A DNA stretch of 64,000 nucleotides from an uncultured Phycisphaerales bacterium (GTDB lineage Bacteria; Planctomycetota; Phycisphaerae; Tepidisphaerales; Tepidisphaeraceae), in NCBI GenBank assembly GCA_963758525.1, contig CAVWVQ010000003.1, positions 992,001 to 1,056,000 of the forward strand, in the 5' to 3' direction. Position numbers and translations under genes: made by a program. The notes under the pieces were generated by a model. That model was not told where the DNA came from and made no database searches. It was given only the letters and a program-made list of their open reading frames with translations. Every line of letters starts with the position of its first letter. Position 1 is the stretch's first letter. This document shows, piece by piece, positions 10,332 to 23,700 of this stretch.

Positions 10332-11441
10332 ATGAAGGTTTTCATTTTAACGCTAGGCACGAGAGGAGACCTGGAAACATTTCTGATTCTTGGGCGAGAA
10401 CTGAGACGCAGAGGCCACCGGGTTCTGATCGGGACGTCGTCATTTTATTCCGAGCGGATTGCCGCTTCGCGATTGGAATGGCTGCAAATTGGTAATGGAA
10501 CTGCGGAACAGATGCAGGCCGTTCTGCGTTCCATGGCGGTTCTGGACCACCCGAAGCGGCGAACCGAGACATTCATCCAGCAATGGGTCGCGCCGCAACT
10601 GAGGCAATCGATCCGGACGATTCAGCTCTACGCGGTTAACGCCGACTATTTCATCAGCAATTTGAAGATGCACGTGCCACGCAACACAGAAGTGGTTCCC
10701 GGCGCGTTCGTTACCTACGACGTACCGGAATCACTGCAGGATCTTGCGAAGCATGGCAGCCAGCGGCATGGGGGGCGGATTATTGACCTCGTCGCCATGA
10801 GCAAGCCGCTGATCGATCGCTCAAACGCCTGGGACGTCAGCTATCAGTTCACTGGGTTCTGGCTCGACGATCAGCCCCTGACGTGGATTCCTTCGGAACC
10901 GCTCTTGCGATTTCTTTCAGAGGGGTCGCCACCGGTCGTTTTTACTCTTGGCTCCATGGCGACTCTCGAAGTCAGCGGCTTGCCAGACACGGTGATCGAG
11001 ACGCTGCGTGTCGCAGGCGGACGCGGCGTCATTCTCGGCAATTTGGCGGGAGAAAAGCGAGGTTTCGCGTTCGGCAACACCATCTATTTTGAAGGAGAAA
11101 TTCCCTACCAGTGGCTCTTCCCGAAGGCTTGCGCCGTCGTCCACCATGGCGGAGTCGGAACCGTTGCAGCGGCGCTGCGCGCGGGTGTGCCTTCCGTGCT
11201 GCTGCCTCAGATTTCGGCACAGCAATATCTGGCTCGAGTATTGCTCGACGCCGGACTGGCGACAGGAGTCTTCGAGACTCGAGCATTGGACGCAAAGAAG
11301 CTGGGGGCATCAATCCGATTGGCGGTCACCGAAACGAAATACCAGGAGACCGCCAAAGCATGGCAGGCGGAGATCGTGCGGGATTGCGGCGTGCGCTCCG
11401 CCGCGGATCTGATCGAGGAGCATTGGAAGCAACTTCGGTAA
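10332..11441 (+). CDS. GT1/GT28-type nucleotide-sugar glycosyltransferase (sterol glucosyltransferase-like)
   Basis: TLGTRGD...LGRELRRRGHRV; PYQWLFP..VVHHGGVGTVAAALRAGVPSV. Confidence 0.88.
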   Translation: MKVFILTLGTRGDLETFLILGRELRRRGHRVLIGTSSFYSERIAASRLEWLQIGNGTAEQMQAVLRSMAVLDHPKRRTETFIQQWVAPQLRQSIRTIQLYAVNADYFISNLKMHVPRNTEVVPGAFVTYDVPESLQDLAKHGSQRHGGRIIDLVAMSKPLIDRSNAWDVSYQFTGFWLDDQPLTWIPSEPLLRFLSEGSPPVVFTLGSMATLEVSGLPDTVIETLRVAGGRGVILGNLAGEKRGFAFGNTIYFEGEIPYQWLFPKACAVVHHGGVGTVAAALRAGVPSVLLPQISAQQYLARVLLDAGLATGVFETRALDAKKLGASIRLAVTETKYQETAKAWQAEIVRDCGVRSAADLIEEHWKQLR

Positions 11442-11456
11442 GAGGCGGTTTCATTA

Positions 11457-11496
11457 CCCCTCTCCCGGTACTCCGGGAGAGGGTCGAAGTGAGGGT
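11457..11496. repeat. CCCTCTCCC..GGGAGAGGG-type REP
   Basis: CCCTCTCCCGG-TACT-CCGGGAGAGGG hairpin plus GTGAGGG tail; related copy at 49791-49830. Confidence 0.7.
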
Positions 11497-11675
11497 GCGT
11501 GGCTGCCACGGAATGTCCCGGAAATACCTTCACCACCGGTACCTGGTCTTCCATGACCCACGCTTCTTTGTCTGCGACCGTCACCGGCCTTCCAAGCTGG
11601 CGAATGTAGATTTTACAATAAATCGATCGCCCGGAAAAGTGTTCACGCCGCCTGGAATGTTCAGAGCTTACTTGC

Positions 11676-11745
11676 TTGATTTCGTCACCAATGAGCTTAT
11701 AACTATTTCTCACTTCATTTCTCATTTTTGCTCAGCAAGGAGAGG
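11676..11745 (+). promoter_or_regulatory. Putative sigma70 promoter and RBS of giant adhesin
   Basis: TTGATT-16-TATAAC in an AT-rich stretch; AAGGAGAGG before ATG 11754. Confidence 0.4.
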
Positions 11746-11753
11746 CGGGCGCG

Positions 11754-14700
11754 ATGGGGCGCAGAAACAAGGCGGCCAAAAAAGGCCCAACCCGTAAAAA
11801 GCAGCCCACGACATCTTTGGGAGGCGACGCATTCAGGCGACGCCGGTTCATTGTTGAGCCTCTGGAGGATCGGTTTCTGTTGAGCGGGAGTCACGATCCG
11901 GCTCTTACAGCGGCGATCCAGGGCGCGCTCTCCACCAGCGATGCAACCGGATTGTCCGCTTGGGCGCACCGGCTTACCGACCCGACTGTTCTGGGTCAGA
12001 ACCTTCCCATCATCGGCTCCGGGCTCGAGACGGCCGTGGACCCGCAGGCGCAGCTGAACACAGTCCTCTCAGGGATCAGCGGCTCATATACCACGCTGAC
12101 CGATTTGCAGGCTGCGTTGCAGGCGACGCCGGGCATTACCGTATCCGCGGTCCGCAACAACGCCAACGATTTGGAATTGGATCTGGGCATCACCAGCACG
12201 GGCACCGCAACAGTGCCGATTGACGCGTCGCTAGGCGCCAACTTCAACGCGACAGGCTCACTGGTCGTAGCGACCTCGCTCCACTTCCAATTCACCATTG
12301 GCGCTTATTACGACACCACTGCCAGCACCGCGGTGGCATACGTGGTGGCGAATAATGACAATCTCTCCCTCAGCTTTAACGCCACCTCGGCCAGTCTTGG
12401 AGGCACTGCCCAGCTCGGGTTTGTCAACCTGCAAGTCTCACAGGCATCGGTGAATTTTTCTCCGCAATTCACTTTCACCCTGCAGCAGCAGGATGCCATC
12501 AACGGTTCGGATCGCGTGTCATTCGATGCGTTGAACGCGGATTCGCTCGGCACGTTGATGACCACTACCTTGAGTCAGTCCGCGCCTGCCACCCTTACGG
12601 CCAGCGTCAGCACTTCGTTGGCGCCGACGGCCAAGCAGATCACGCTGACGTGGGCCGATGTTACCGACGCATCGACTGTGACATCGTCCGCTACCACCGA
12701 TCCAACGCTGGCGGCGCTCAATATCCTGTCGGGCATCAGCCCGACCGCGTTCTCCTCGGGCTTGGATCAGGCAGTCGCCGTTCTCGACGCGGCTGCCACC
12801 GACAATATGACCGCCAATGTGCTGCAGACCAGCCTGCCGATTGTCGGCCAGTCATTGTCCAGCCTGGTGAATTTCACGACTTTCTATCAAACCTATCTGA
12901 CGAAGTTCACGGACTCGGTCACCAATACCACTACCAACGTCACTACGAATACTTTCAATAGCGATTCCCAGTTGTTGACGCTGCTGCAGGGCATACCGAA
13001 TGTCGGGACGGGAAACGTGAGTGAGGCCGTTTCTGGGTCACGGTTGGTGTACACCCTGACTCTCCCCGAGACTGTCACGGTCACCGAACCGCTTTCGCTT
13101 AATGTAGGTTCGGCGTTGAATCTCAACGTTGCCGGGACGGTGAACGTCAGTGTTGCGACCACCACCCAGTTCTCATTTGGCGTCGACGCCGGCACGGGAA
13201 CTTTCTTCATCGCGGCTCCGACCAAGCCGGTATTTCAGGCCACGGTTACCGCTTCCACAAGTCTGACGGCGGCGGCTTCACTGGGCTTCCTCTCGGTGAA
13301 TGTGACCGACGGCACGGTTTCGGCGACGGTGCAGGGGAGCATCTCGTTGACCGACCCCGCCACGGATAGTCCCGCAAGTCCGGGAATCATCACCAGTTCC
13401 GAGCTTGCCTCGGCGAACTTCTCGACGCTGATCGGCGTCGGGCTGAGCGGCTCGGCCTCCGCATCGTTGCCACTGAGCGTTGGCGCAGGTGCTGTCGGGG
13501 GGATCTCCCCCGGCACTCTGGCGATCAGCTGGCCGGACGTAACCAGCCCGTCGACTTTCACCGTCGACACATCGGGAATTTCGCAATTTCTGGATTTCAA
13601 TCAATTGTCTGCGTCTTCGATCCTCACTTATCTCGATGCGCTGCCCAACGTGCTCTCCCAACTCGGGGGCACCTCCGGATTGGGCCATTCGATTCCGGTC
13701 ATCGGCTCGAGCCTCGGATCTGCCATCGATTTCGGGAGCAAGCTGACCACAGCTCTGAGCGGATTGTCATCGGCCACCAGTATCCAGGACCTGGTGACGC
13801 AGCTTCAGAGCGCGCTGCCTGGCGGGTCGACGGTGACTTTTGATCCGGCTACAGACCAGTTGGATTTCACCCTTGCACTGACCGATTCGTATACGGCGAA
13901 CAGCCCCGATTCCGCCGCGTGGTCCATCGACGAATCCCTGTTGAGCGGCGCATTGGGCTTTCATGCATCCGGCACCGCGCCGCTGACGGGTTCGATCGGT
14001 CTGCGGTTCGAAGCCGGCGTGCAACTTTCGCCGGATCTGCTGAGCGACGGTACTTCGACCGCTTCGACCACCGTCGATCCCCTCAGCCAGGTGTATGTCT
14101 ACACGGGCAGCAGCACCGATCCGACCGTTGGAAGCAGTCTCTCGGCGAGCCTCTCCGTGCAGGGAACCATCAATGCGTCGGCGACGCTGGCTTTTGCCTC
14201 GATCGGAGTGAGCGCCGGTACGCTCACGATCGCGGGCACGAACAGTTCAGGGGTCGTCACTCCCGGCACCCCCGCCACCGCCAGCCTCGTGATCGGGAGC
14301 GGCGCGGCGGGCAGCAAGCAGACGCTGGCGAACATCCTGGCAAATCCGTCGTCGCTGTTCGGCGGTTTTAATTTCAACGGCGGCGCGATGGTGACGCTGC
14401 CATTGACGGGCATTCCTCGCTCCACGAATACGCCTGACGTAGCCCCGGAAATTGACGTGAGTTGGCCGAACATCACGACGGTTCCGGTGCCCAGCACGAT
14501 GGGTCTCGACTCCACCAATCTGAACCCGCTGGCGAATTTCGACGCCAGCGACTTCACGAGCGGGCTGACCTCCGTGATCGGCTTGATCACCCAGTGGGGC
14601 AACCTCCCGCTGCTCAATCAAAATATCCCGCTGATCAACGAGCCGATCAGCAAAATACTCTCGTATGCAAACGACGTGGTGAGCGTATTCAACTCGATTT

Positions 14701-17700
14701 CGTCCTCGGTCAGCTCGGGAAGCCCCTCCTCAGCCTCGGCGTTGAATACGCTGATCATGAACGCGGTGCCGGGAGACATCACACAAGGTCCTTCTTTTAA
14801 CCTGGCAAACAACGTCCTTGATTACGATTTGAACTACAGCGCAAACGTTTCCACTTCTGTTCCGTTCAACCTGGGCCTTAGCATCTTAAATGTCAATGCG
14901 AACGTGACTGCGTCGGCCGCGGTGAACGTAAAACTCGAATTTGGCTTCGACGCGGCCGACGGGTTCTACATTGTCGGCGGCTCTGATACGGCTCATCCGC
15001 AGTTGTCGGTGACGGGCACGCTGGCGCTGAACGTCGCCCAGGCGGGTCTGGTGCTCGGGCCGCTTCAGGCCGGCGTTGCCAATGGCACGGGCAACATTTC
15101 ATTGGGGTTTGCCGTCAATCTCGTTCCTCCCAGCAGCGGAAACGGAAGCAAGATTTCCGCGACGCAACTGTTGTCCGGCGCCGGGTCCATCCTGAGTCCA
15201 ACGGTGAGCGGCAGCGGAGCGCTGAACCTGCCCCTTGGCGTGCGTCTGGGCTCCGGGGGGCCCGGGGTGCTGGCAACCTTCAGCGCCAGTTGGGATCCCA
15301 ATCGTGATAATCCGCTGGAGTTCGGCCCGAACAACTCCACCGATCCGACCGACGGGTTTGGAAACGTGACATTTGATTTGGGAGAAGTTGTCGACGAGAT
15401 CGTTGGGCCGGTGCTGAACTTCATCAAGGAGTATAATCCCATTCCGCAGAGCGTGCTCGACGCGCTCAACACGCCGCTCCCATTTCCCCTGGAAGGCATG
15501 ACTGCCGGGGATGTTCTCGGCGACTACATCGACAACCCGGGCGTTAAGCTTCTGCTTCAGATAGAACAAGCCATCGGCCTGGTGGAGCAGGTGGCCAGTC
15601 TCGCTTATACGCCGATCGACCTCAGCTCGTATTTGCCGGGATCGGGCTCGAGCCAGGCCGCGGCGCAGCACAACAGCGCGGCTGCCCAATCCTCTTCCCA
15701 AACCCCCGATGATGCATCTGGTGACCCCGAGAATGGGGCCGTGCAGAACATTATCGACGAACTTAAAAACGATTTCTATCTCGACATTCCTCTGCTGGAC
15801 CATCCGACGTCCACAATCATTGCCTTGTTCACGGGCCAAAACGTCAACCTCGTTGATTTCGATCCTGGTCACGTGGAGATCAGCGAGACGTATTCAACGC
15901 CCAAGGTCTCAGTCCCGCTCTTCAGCGTTGGATTCGCCAGTGCCGAGGCGTTCGCACAGATCTCGTTCACCGCGTCGCTTTTCGCCAACATCGACATCGG
16001 CCTGGACACGCGCGGACTGCTGGGCCACTACATCTCCAGCGGCGTCTATTCCACAAGTCAGCCATCCAACGTTCTGATGGGCTTCTACATCAGTGACGCT
16101 GACACCGGCTCAGCCAACGACGGGAATTATCAGGCCGGGATCAAACTCGCGGCGGATATCATATTCGGTGGCGAGATCAGCATCCTCGGCTATGACGCGG
16201 TTGATCTCTATGGCGGCGTGGGTCCCTATGGAATCGTCGGCATTCACTTTAACGACATTTATTACAACAGCGCCGGCCAGCCTGGGGGAGTCGCTAATTA
16301 CAAGGGCAATCCGGCCGGCGACGGGAAAGTCTATTTCGACGAACTCGACTGGATTGCCGACAACTATGGTCCATTGTGCGCCGTCATGCCGGGGGGCGAA
16401 CTGGGCTTGAGCGTCACCCTCGGTGGCGATGTGAATCTGCTTCTCTGGTCGATCAGCTTCACCATTTACCAGCACGACTTCACGCTTGCGACGTTCGACT
16501 TCCCTTGCATGCTGAACCTCACCGACCTGGGCAGCATTCAAGGCCATTCGTTCGTCATGAACAATAACACTGCCACCGACGGGCGCAAAATTGAGGTCAA
16601 CATTGCCGATGACCCGAACAACAACAACGTGCCGGCGCTTCATATCAACGAAACCAACGGTAACGTCTATGAAACTGACTATATAGACCTCTCGACCCTG
16701 CAGGCCGCGGGCGTGGACACGTTAGTCTTGAAGGGCTCCGACGGCGACGACAACTTCAAGATCGATCCCGACATCACCACGACGGGACCCTTCCGACATC
16801 TGCAGGTGCTCACCGGCAAGGGAAACGATCAGGTCGACCTCTCGAATTTCCAGAACGGCACGAACGGAACAACCAACAACTCCAACCTCACCGACGTGAT
16901 CATCACGGGCGGAACCGGCGGAACGTCAGACAACGACACCATCACCGGCAATTACGCGCCCGACACGATATTTGCCGGCGACGGAGCAAATCTGATCATT
17001 CCCGGCACCGGCAACGACGAGGTCGTCGAAAGCAGCGGGGATGACACGATCAACGCCGGCGGCGGCAACGATACTGTGGTGGGCGGCACCGGCGCGAACG
17101 TGTTGATCAACACCGGCAATGGCGCCAATACGATCACCGCCGGCTCGGGCACCAACGCAATCAACGCCGGCGACGGCAACAACGTCATCCACGCCGGCGC
17201 TGGCGACGACCGAATTCAAGTGGGCCAGGGGAACAATCTCATCACTGCCGGCGCGGGACGGGAATCGATCACCGCGGGCAACGGCAACGATACGATTTAT
17301 GCGGACGCCGGCACCAGCTACATCACTGCCGGCAACGGCTCCAACGTGATTACCGCCGGCGCCGGAGCCGACCAGATCCATGTCGGGCAGGGCAACAACA
17401 CTATCAAAGCCGGCGCCGGCTCCGAATCCGTCACCGCGGGCAATGGCAACAACACGATTACCGCAGATGTCGGCGCCAGCAACATCCTGGCCGGCAATGG
17501 GAACAACGTCATTACCGCCGGCGCTGGAGCCGACCAGATTCAGGTCGGTCAGGGGAACAACCTGATCAACGCGGGGACCGGCACTGATACCGTCATCAGC
17601 GGCAACGGCAACAACGTGATTTACGGAGACACGGGCGGGAGCGACATCTTTGCCGGGACCGGCAATAACTTCATCTATGAAGACGGCGGCGCTAACGTAA

Positions 17701-20700
17701 TTTATGGTCATCCAATTGGCGTCCCCAGCGGGAATGACTACATCCAGATAGGGCCAGGCAGCACCACTCTGCACGGGGGCGAGGGCGACAACCTCCTCGT
17801 CGAAACTTCCGATTCCAGCCAGACGCTCACGGACACCACTCTCACCACCGGCCAGACCACCCTCACCTACGACGGCATCGATCGAATCATCATCAATGGC
17901 GGCCCCGAAAACGATTCATTCGATGTCAGCGGGTATTCCGCCGGAAACGTGACGATCAACGGAGGGGGCGGTTCTGACACGATAGCCTCCACCGACGACA
18001 CGAATTTCACGCTCACCAACACCACCCTCACTCGCGCCACCGGCGCGAATTTCTCGCTCAACGGCATCACCAATGCCGTGCTCAACAGCGAAACCACGGA
18101 CAACACGTTTGACGTGACCCATTTCACTGGAAATGCGACGCTCACCGGCGGCGGCGGTGTGGATACGGTCGTCTCCTCCATCCCGGCGAATTACACGCTC
18201 ACCGACTCGTCCCTCACGAGTTCCGCCGGCGGAAAATTTTCGCTGGCCGGCATTTCCCACGCCGTGCTGACCGGCGGATCTGGAAGCGATCAGATCAATA
18301 CCAGTGGTTTCTCCGGGAACGTCACGCTTCTGGGCGCTGCCGGAACTGACACGATCACCAGGGGAACCGGCGATACCAACATCGCCGGGACGACCGCCCC
18401 CAATCCACCGGCCACGCTCCTGACCGGATTTGCCGACGGTGGTCCGTGGAATGAGATGGGCGATTCCGCCTCCGGTCTGGGCGTCAGCGAAAGCACCAGC
18501 GCGGCGATCGAGCCATCGTCGGTCTATGCAGCCGCCGGTCCGTACGTTGCCTGGGCTGACAATCGGAGCGGTGTTTATCAGATTTATGTCGCACAGTACG
18601 TGAGCGGCGCCTGGGTCGAACTTGCCGGCAGCGCCCATGGCGGGGGCATCAGCAATTCGGCGTTCGGAGCCCGTCGACCGAGTATTACCCTCAATTCGTC
18701 GGGCGAACCGATCGTCGCCTGGACGCAGCAGAAGAGTGGATCGAGCGTCGGCTCGATCGACGTCGCTCAATTCAACCCTTCCGGCGCTGGCGCGTGGGTC
18801 GCGTTGCCCACGCCATCCGGAACCTCGGCCGACCAGGCCCACGTTGTCCAAACCAGCGCCGGTCCCGTGGTCGCCTGGCAGGATTCAAGCGGCGCAACCA
18901 CGAATATCTATGTCGCGCGGTATAGCGGTTCGGCGTGGGCCGCGCTGCGCCGGCGCCACCAGCGGAAGCGGCGTTTCAGCCTCCTCATCCAATGTCGCTG
19001 GAATTGCTCTTGCCACAGATGGAACCAATGTGGCGCTGGCGTGGACGCAGACTGTCAGCGGGGTTCAGCAAATTTATGCCAAGCAGTATTCCGGCACGAC
19101 CTGGAGCGCCCTGGGCGGATCGGCCTCGGGGAATGGAATCAGCAACACGACGGCGAGCAGCCAAAGCCCGACCCTGGCCTACAGCGGGGGAAGCCTTTAT
19201 GTCGCCTGGCAAGCCTCCAACGCCGGCGCGTCGGTGATCTATGCCGACAAGTACAACGGCACAAATTGGGTAGCTGCCGGAACGGGTGCAAACAGCGGTG
19301 CGGGGCTGTCGAATAGCGGCGGCGGTTCGACGCAGCCGGTTTTGGCCGCGGGAGGCAGCAATCTCTATCTGCTCTGGACCGACAACCGAATTACCAGCGG
19401 CGCCGGAAATACCACTGCTGTATACGCCCTGCAGTGGAATGGGACGCAGTTCGTCGAACAACTGCCGGGGGAGGCAACCGGATTGGGCATCAGCCCAACC
19501 GCCAGTGCACCGGTAACTCCGTCGCTGTCCGTCAGCCCTGCCGGCAATCCATTCGTCGCGTGGGGCGACACGATGAAAGGTTCACCGCAGATCGCCGCCC
19601 GCTTGAATACCGCCGCGGTCGGCACCGTTTACTATGTCAACGATGCCAGTCAGATCGGCGACGCCACCGCAACTGCCGCCGGCAGTTCTGCGAACAACGG
19701 AAAGACGCCCGCCGCGCCCGCCCTTTCGATCGCTCAGATACTCTCTGCCTATACGCTCAAATCCGGCGATGTGATTGTCGTTGACGCCGGCAATTACGCC
19801 GCGCCCGTGACCATCAACATGGCGGGCGTCACCGTCATCGCAGCCCGGGGCGCCACGGCCAATTTCCAGGGGCTCTTCTCGGTCACTTCGGCAAACAACG
19901 TTGTTTTGCAGGGTCTGATCTTTTCCGGCGGCTTGAGTGTTTCTGCCAGCTCGAATGTCTCAATCATCGGCAACCGTTTCTATGGCGGCGGATTCACCCT
20001 CACCGGCGGAAGCGGTTCGCACATTGCCGGCAACCTCATGCAGGTTCTATCCGGGGAGTCGGGCAGCGGCCTGACGCTCGCGGGAGGCGCCGATTCCACC
20101 GACATCGAATTCAACACGATCACCGGCGGCGCCAACGGCATTTCCGTGGCGGCCGCAACGAATTTGCTTATCCGCGGGAACACCATTTCAGGCGTTTCCA
20201 CCGGAATCTCGCTGGCATCCGCAACCGGCGGTACCATCTCCGGAAACGACATCTCTTCGGCCGGCACCGCTCTCAACATCGCCGCCGCGTTCACCGGATC
20301 GATCGACAGCAACGAAATCCATGACAGCGCGGTCGGTGTCAACTATGCCGCCTCGGCGCCGCTCAACGGCAATCGGATTCGCAATAATGCCACCGGGATC
20401 AACTCCACCGTTGCAGGAACCGTTGCTGGCCTGGGCTTCGTCGCCAGCACCGGCCTGGACGCCGCTTTGGCTCTGACGCCCAATCAGATCTTCGGCAATG
20501 TCACTGGCGTAGCGCTAATCGGGCAAATGCAAAATCAGCACGTGTTCGCCAATACCACGGGCGTTTCGGGATCGGGCATCCTCGGGGTGCTGACCTTGAA
20601 TACCGCCAACGTCATCGAAGCCAACACGACCGGCGTTATCTTCAACGGGCCGGTCCAGTTCAATCGTATCGACCGGAACGGTACCGGGATCGTCGCACAG

Positions 20701-23700
20701 AGCAATCAACAGATTGATCACAACCTCTTCTATCGCAATACCACTGTCGCGATTTCGCTCGTCGGCGTCTCAAACGTAAGCATCGTCAACAACACCTTCT
20801 ATTCTCCGCTGGGTGACAACATCGACGTTTCCGGCGGCTCAAGCGACATCGAGATTCTCAACAATATTCTTTGGGCGCAGAGCGGCTACGACCTGAATGT
20901 CGCCGATGACAGCCACCTCGGATTTTTCAGCGATTACAATGACCTGTATTCCACCGGCGCCGGCAAGCTTGTCCACTACTATCAGGATTTCACCGACATC
21001 CTCGACTGGCAGGATGACGTCAACAAGTTTGATCTGCACTCGATTGGCGCGACGATTGTAAATCCCACCGCGGCCCAGCCGCAGTTCGCTGATCTGGCCG
21101 TTGACAACTACAATATCAATGCGCTGACTGGCGGGCTTCGATCGACCAGTCCCACAGTCGATGCCGGCTCGCCGATTGTCGACGACGGCGTGCCACTCGA
21201 TCGAACCAATCTTCTGTCCAACCCCGGCTTTGAGAGCGGCACCGCCAGTTGGACAATTAACAGTACGGGCGGTATCGGCGTATCGAACCCCACGCCCTTT
21301 GCCGGCATTAATGACTTTGCCTCCAACGGCAGCGCCACCACGTTCGCGCAGCAGACCATCGATCTGCTCGCGGCTGGGTATACCAGCACCCAATTGGCCA
21401 GCATTCAAGATGACGACGTGGTCTTCGGCGGGCGTATCCGCTGGAACAGCAATGTCGCCGGCGACGTCGGCAAGATTCAGGTCACATTCCTGAACAGCAG
21501 CAGCAGCCAGATCGGCACGCCGCTGATTGCCTCAGCGACAAATACTGTCGACCGGTGGGAACTGGTCGGCCTGCGCCAGGCAATCCCCGCGGGAACTCGA
21601 TACATCCAATATCGATTCGAAACCGATCGCTCGTCCGGCTCCAACAACAGCGCGTTCGACGGCGCTTTCATGAATGTCCTTGACAGTGGGGTCGGGGTGG
21701 GACAAGGCGCTTATGGAAATACCACGACAGAGGATGCCCAGGAGGTGGCGTCCACCGCGCCGCGAATCGCCCTGCGGTTCCCTGACCTCTACACCAATTG
21801 GGATCTGTCCGCGCCGCACACCATCCTCTGGGATACCTATAACAATGACGCGGCATCGCCCATCCGAATCGACGTCTATCAGGACACCACCAGCGGATCC
21901 ATGCTTTTGGCCAACGTCACTCCGTCAGCGCCGGATATCGGACAATATTCCTGGATCCCGCAGAACAGCGGGCTGACCGCCGGCACGACGAACCTGCGCA
22001 TACAGGTTTCACTTGTATCCAACTCAGCCGTCTACGACCGAAGCACCGAAGTCTTCGCCATCCCCCAAAGCGGCACGACTTATTATGTCAACGATGCCAG
22101 CACCAGCGGTGACGTTTACACCACCGCCGTCGGTTCCAACCGAAACACCGGCAAACTCCCCACCGCGCCGCTCCCGCTTCTGTCAACGCTCCTGCGAACC
22201 TATGGCCTGGGGCCGAGCAACGTCGTCGATATCGATACGGGTACCTACAACGACTTCAATCCGATTGTCTTCGATGCCGCCGACGATGCGGGCGTAACAA
22301 TCACCGGCCCAACCAGCGCCAGTCACGTCGCATCGCTCAGCAGGGCCTATACCGGATCGGCCGGCACCGTCATCGACGTCAACGGCGCAGCGTCAATCAG
22401 CGTCTCCCATCTGACCCTGGTGGGTTCGCAGCGCGGCGTATGGGTTCATAACGGTGCGATCCGGTTCAACGGCGCGTATCTCACCACCTCCAACAACACC
22501 CTTGAAGGAATTCGCCTCGAATCGGACGCGACCGGGTCCACCCTGCAGAACCTTACCGTCTCCGGGAGCGGCGCCGGCGTCAGTAATTCGAACTCTGACG
22601 GGATTTACGTTGCCGCTCCCGGCGTTAGCGTCAACAACAGTCTTTCCTTCAACAACACCGGCGACGGAATCGACGTTGTGATCAGCACCACCTCGCCCAC
22701 GACCATCAGCAACAACACGGTGTATGGCAACAGCCAAAGCGGCATTTTCGCCAGCAATAGCTCCGCTACGCTCCTGACGATCGGCAATAATCTTGTCTAC
22801 AGCAACGGAAACTATGGAATTGCTGCTTCGAATGACGTGCTCGTCACTGGAAATGCCGTCTATGGTCAGTCCAACTCCAGCGCTGCCGGGATCTATATTT
22901 ATAATGACGCTAATGCAACCGGGAACGTCGTGTATCTGAACTACCGCGGCATCGTCGAGGGCAACGCCAGCGGCGCCCTGATCTCCGATAACCGCGTCTA
23001 CGCCAACTCGTCTATTGGCATCCTCTCGCAGAATGACACGGTGAGCGGAAACGTTGTTTATTCCAACGCGATCGGCATCTACGCCGGCTACTACTACGGC
23101 GGCGGCGCCGTGGAAAACAACCTTGACTACGCCAACAGCGCGGCTGCTCTGCAGATCACCAACAATTACGCCAGCTCCACCGGCGTTCAGGTGCTGAGCA
23201 ACACCTTCTACCAAACCGCTGGCGACGCCGTCGACGTGCTGGCCGGCGCCAACAGCGTCACCGTCCAGAACAACATCCTGCAGGTCAGCGCCGGCTACGA
23301 TCTCAACGTCGATCCCTCCAGCCAGGTCGGATTTGTCAGCGATTACAACGACTTCTACACAACCGGCGCCGGACAAGTGGGATACTGGCAGGGCGTGGCG
23401 CGGGCGTTGTTCGGCGACTGGCAGAACGCCTCCTTCACCGATCAAAATAGCTTGTCGGCCAACCCTCTGTTCGTGAAGCCGGCGGGCGCAAACCTGAAGC
23501 TCGGATATGTCGGCGGCGTTGACTACGGCTCCGATGACGATTTCCATCTGCAAAGCACCGCCGGCAGTCTGCACGGCGGGAGCCTCGCCCCGATACTGAG
23601 CGGCACGACCGGCCTGCCGATCGCCGCCACGGGGGCGCGGACCGCCGACTCCGCTGAATCGCCGGGCATCGACCGCGGCGCGACAAATTCTGCCTATTCC

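Noticed and set aside
18622..18948. Independent start of the 7028-aa ORF
   Set aside because: First ~110 codons are Arg/Pro-rich off-frame sequence; the other frame encodes the real repeat
18940..18955. Programmed frameshift or phase-variable tract in the giant adhesin
   Set aside because: No slippery heptamer or long homopolymer; similar indels are scattered throughout the window
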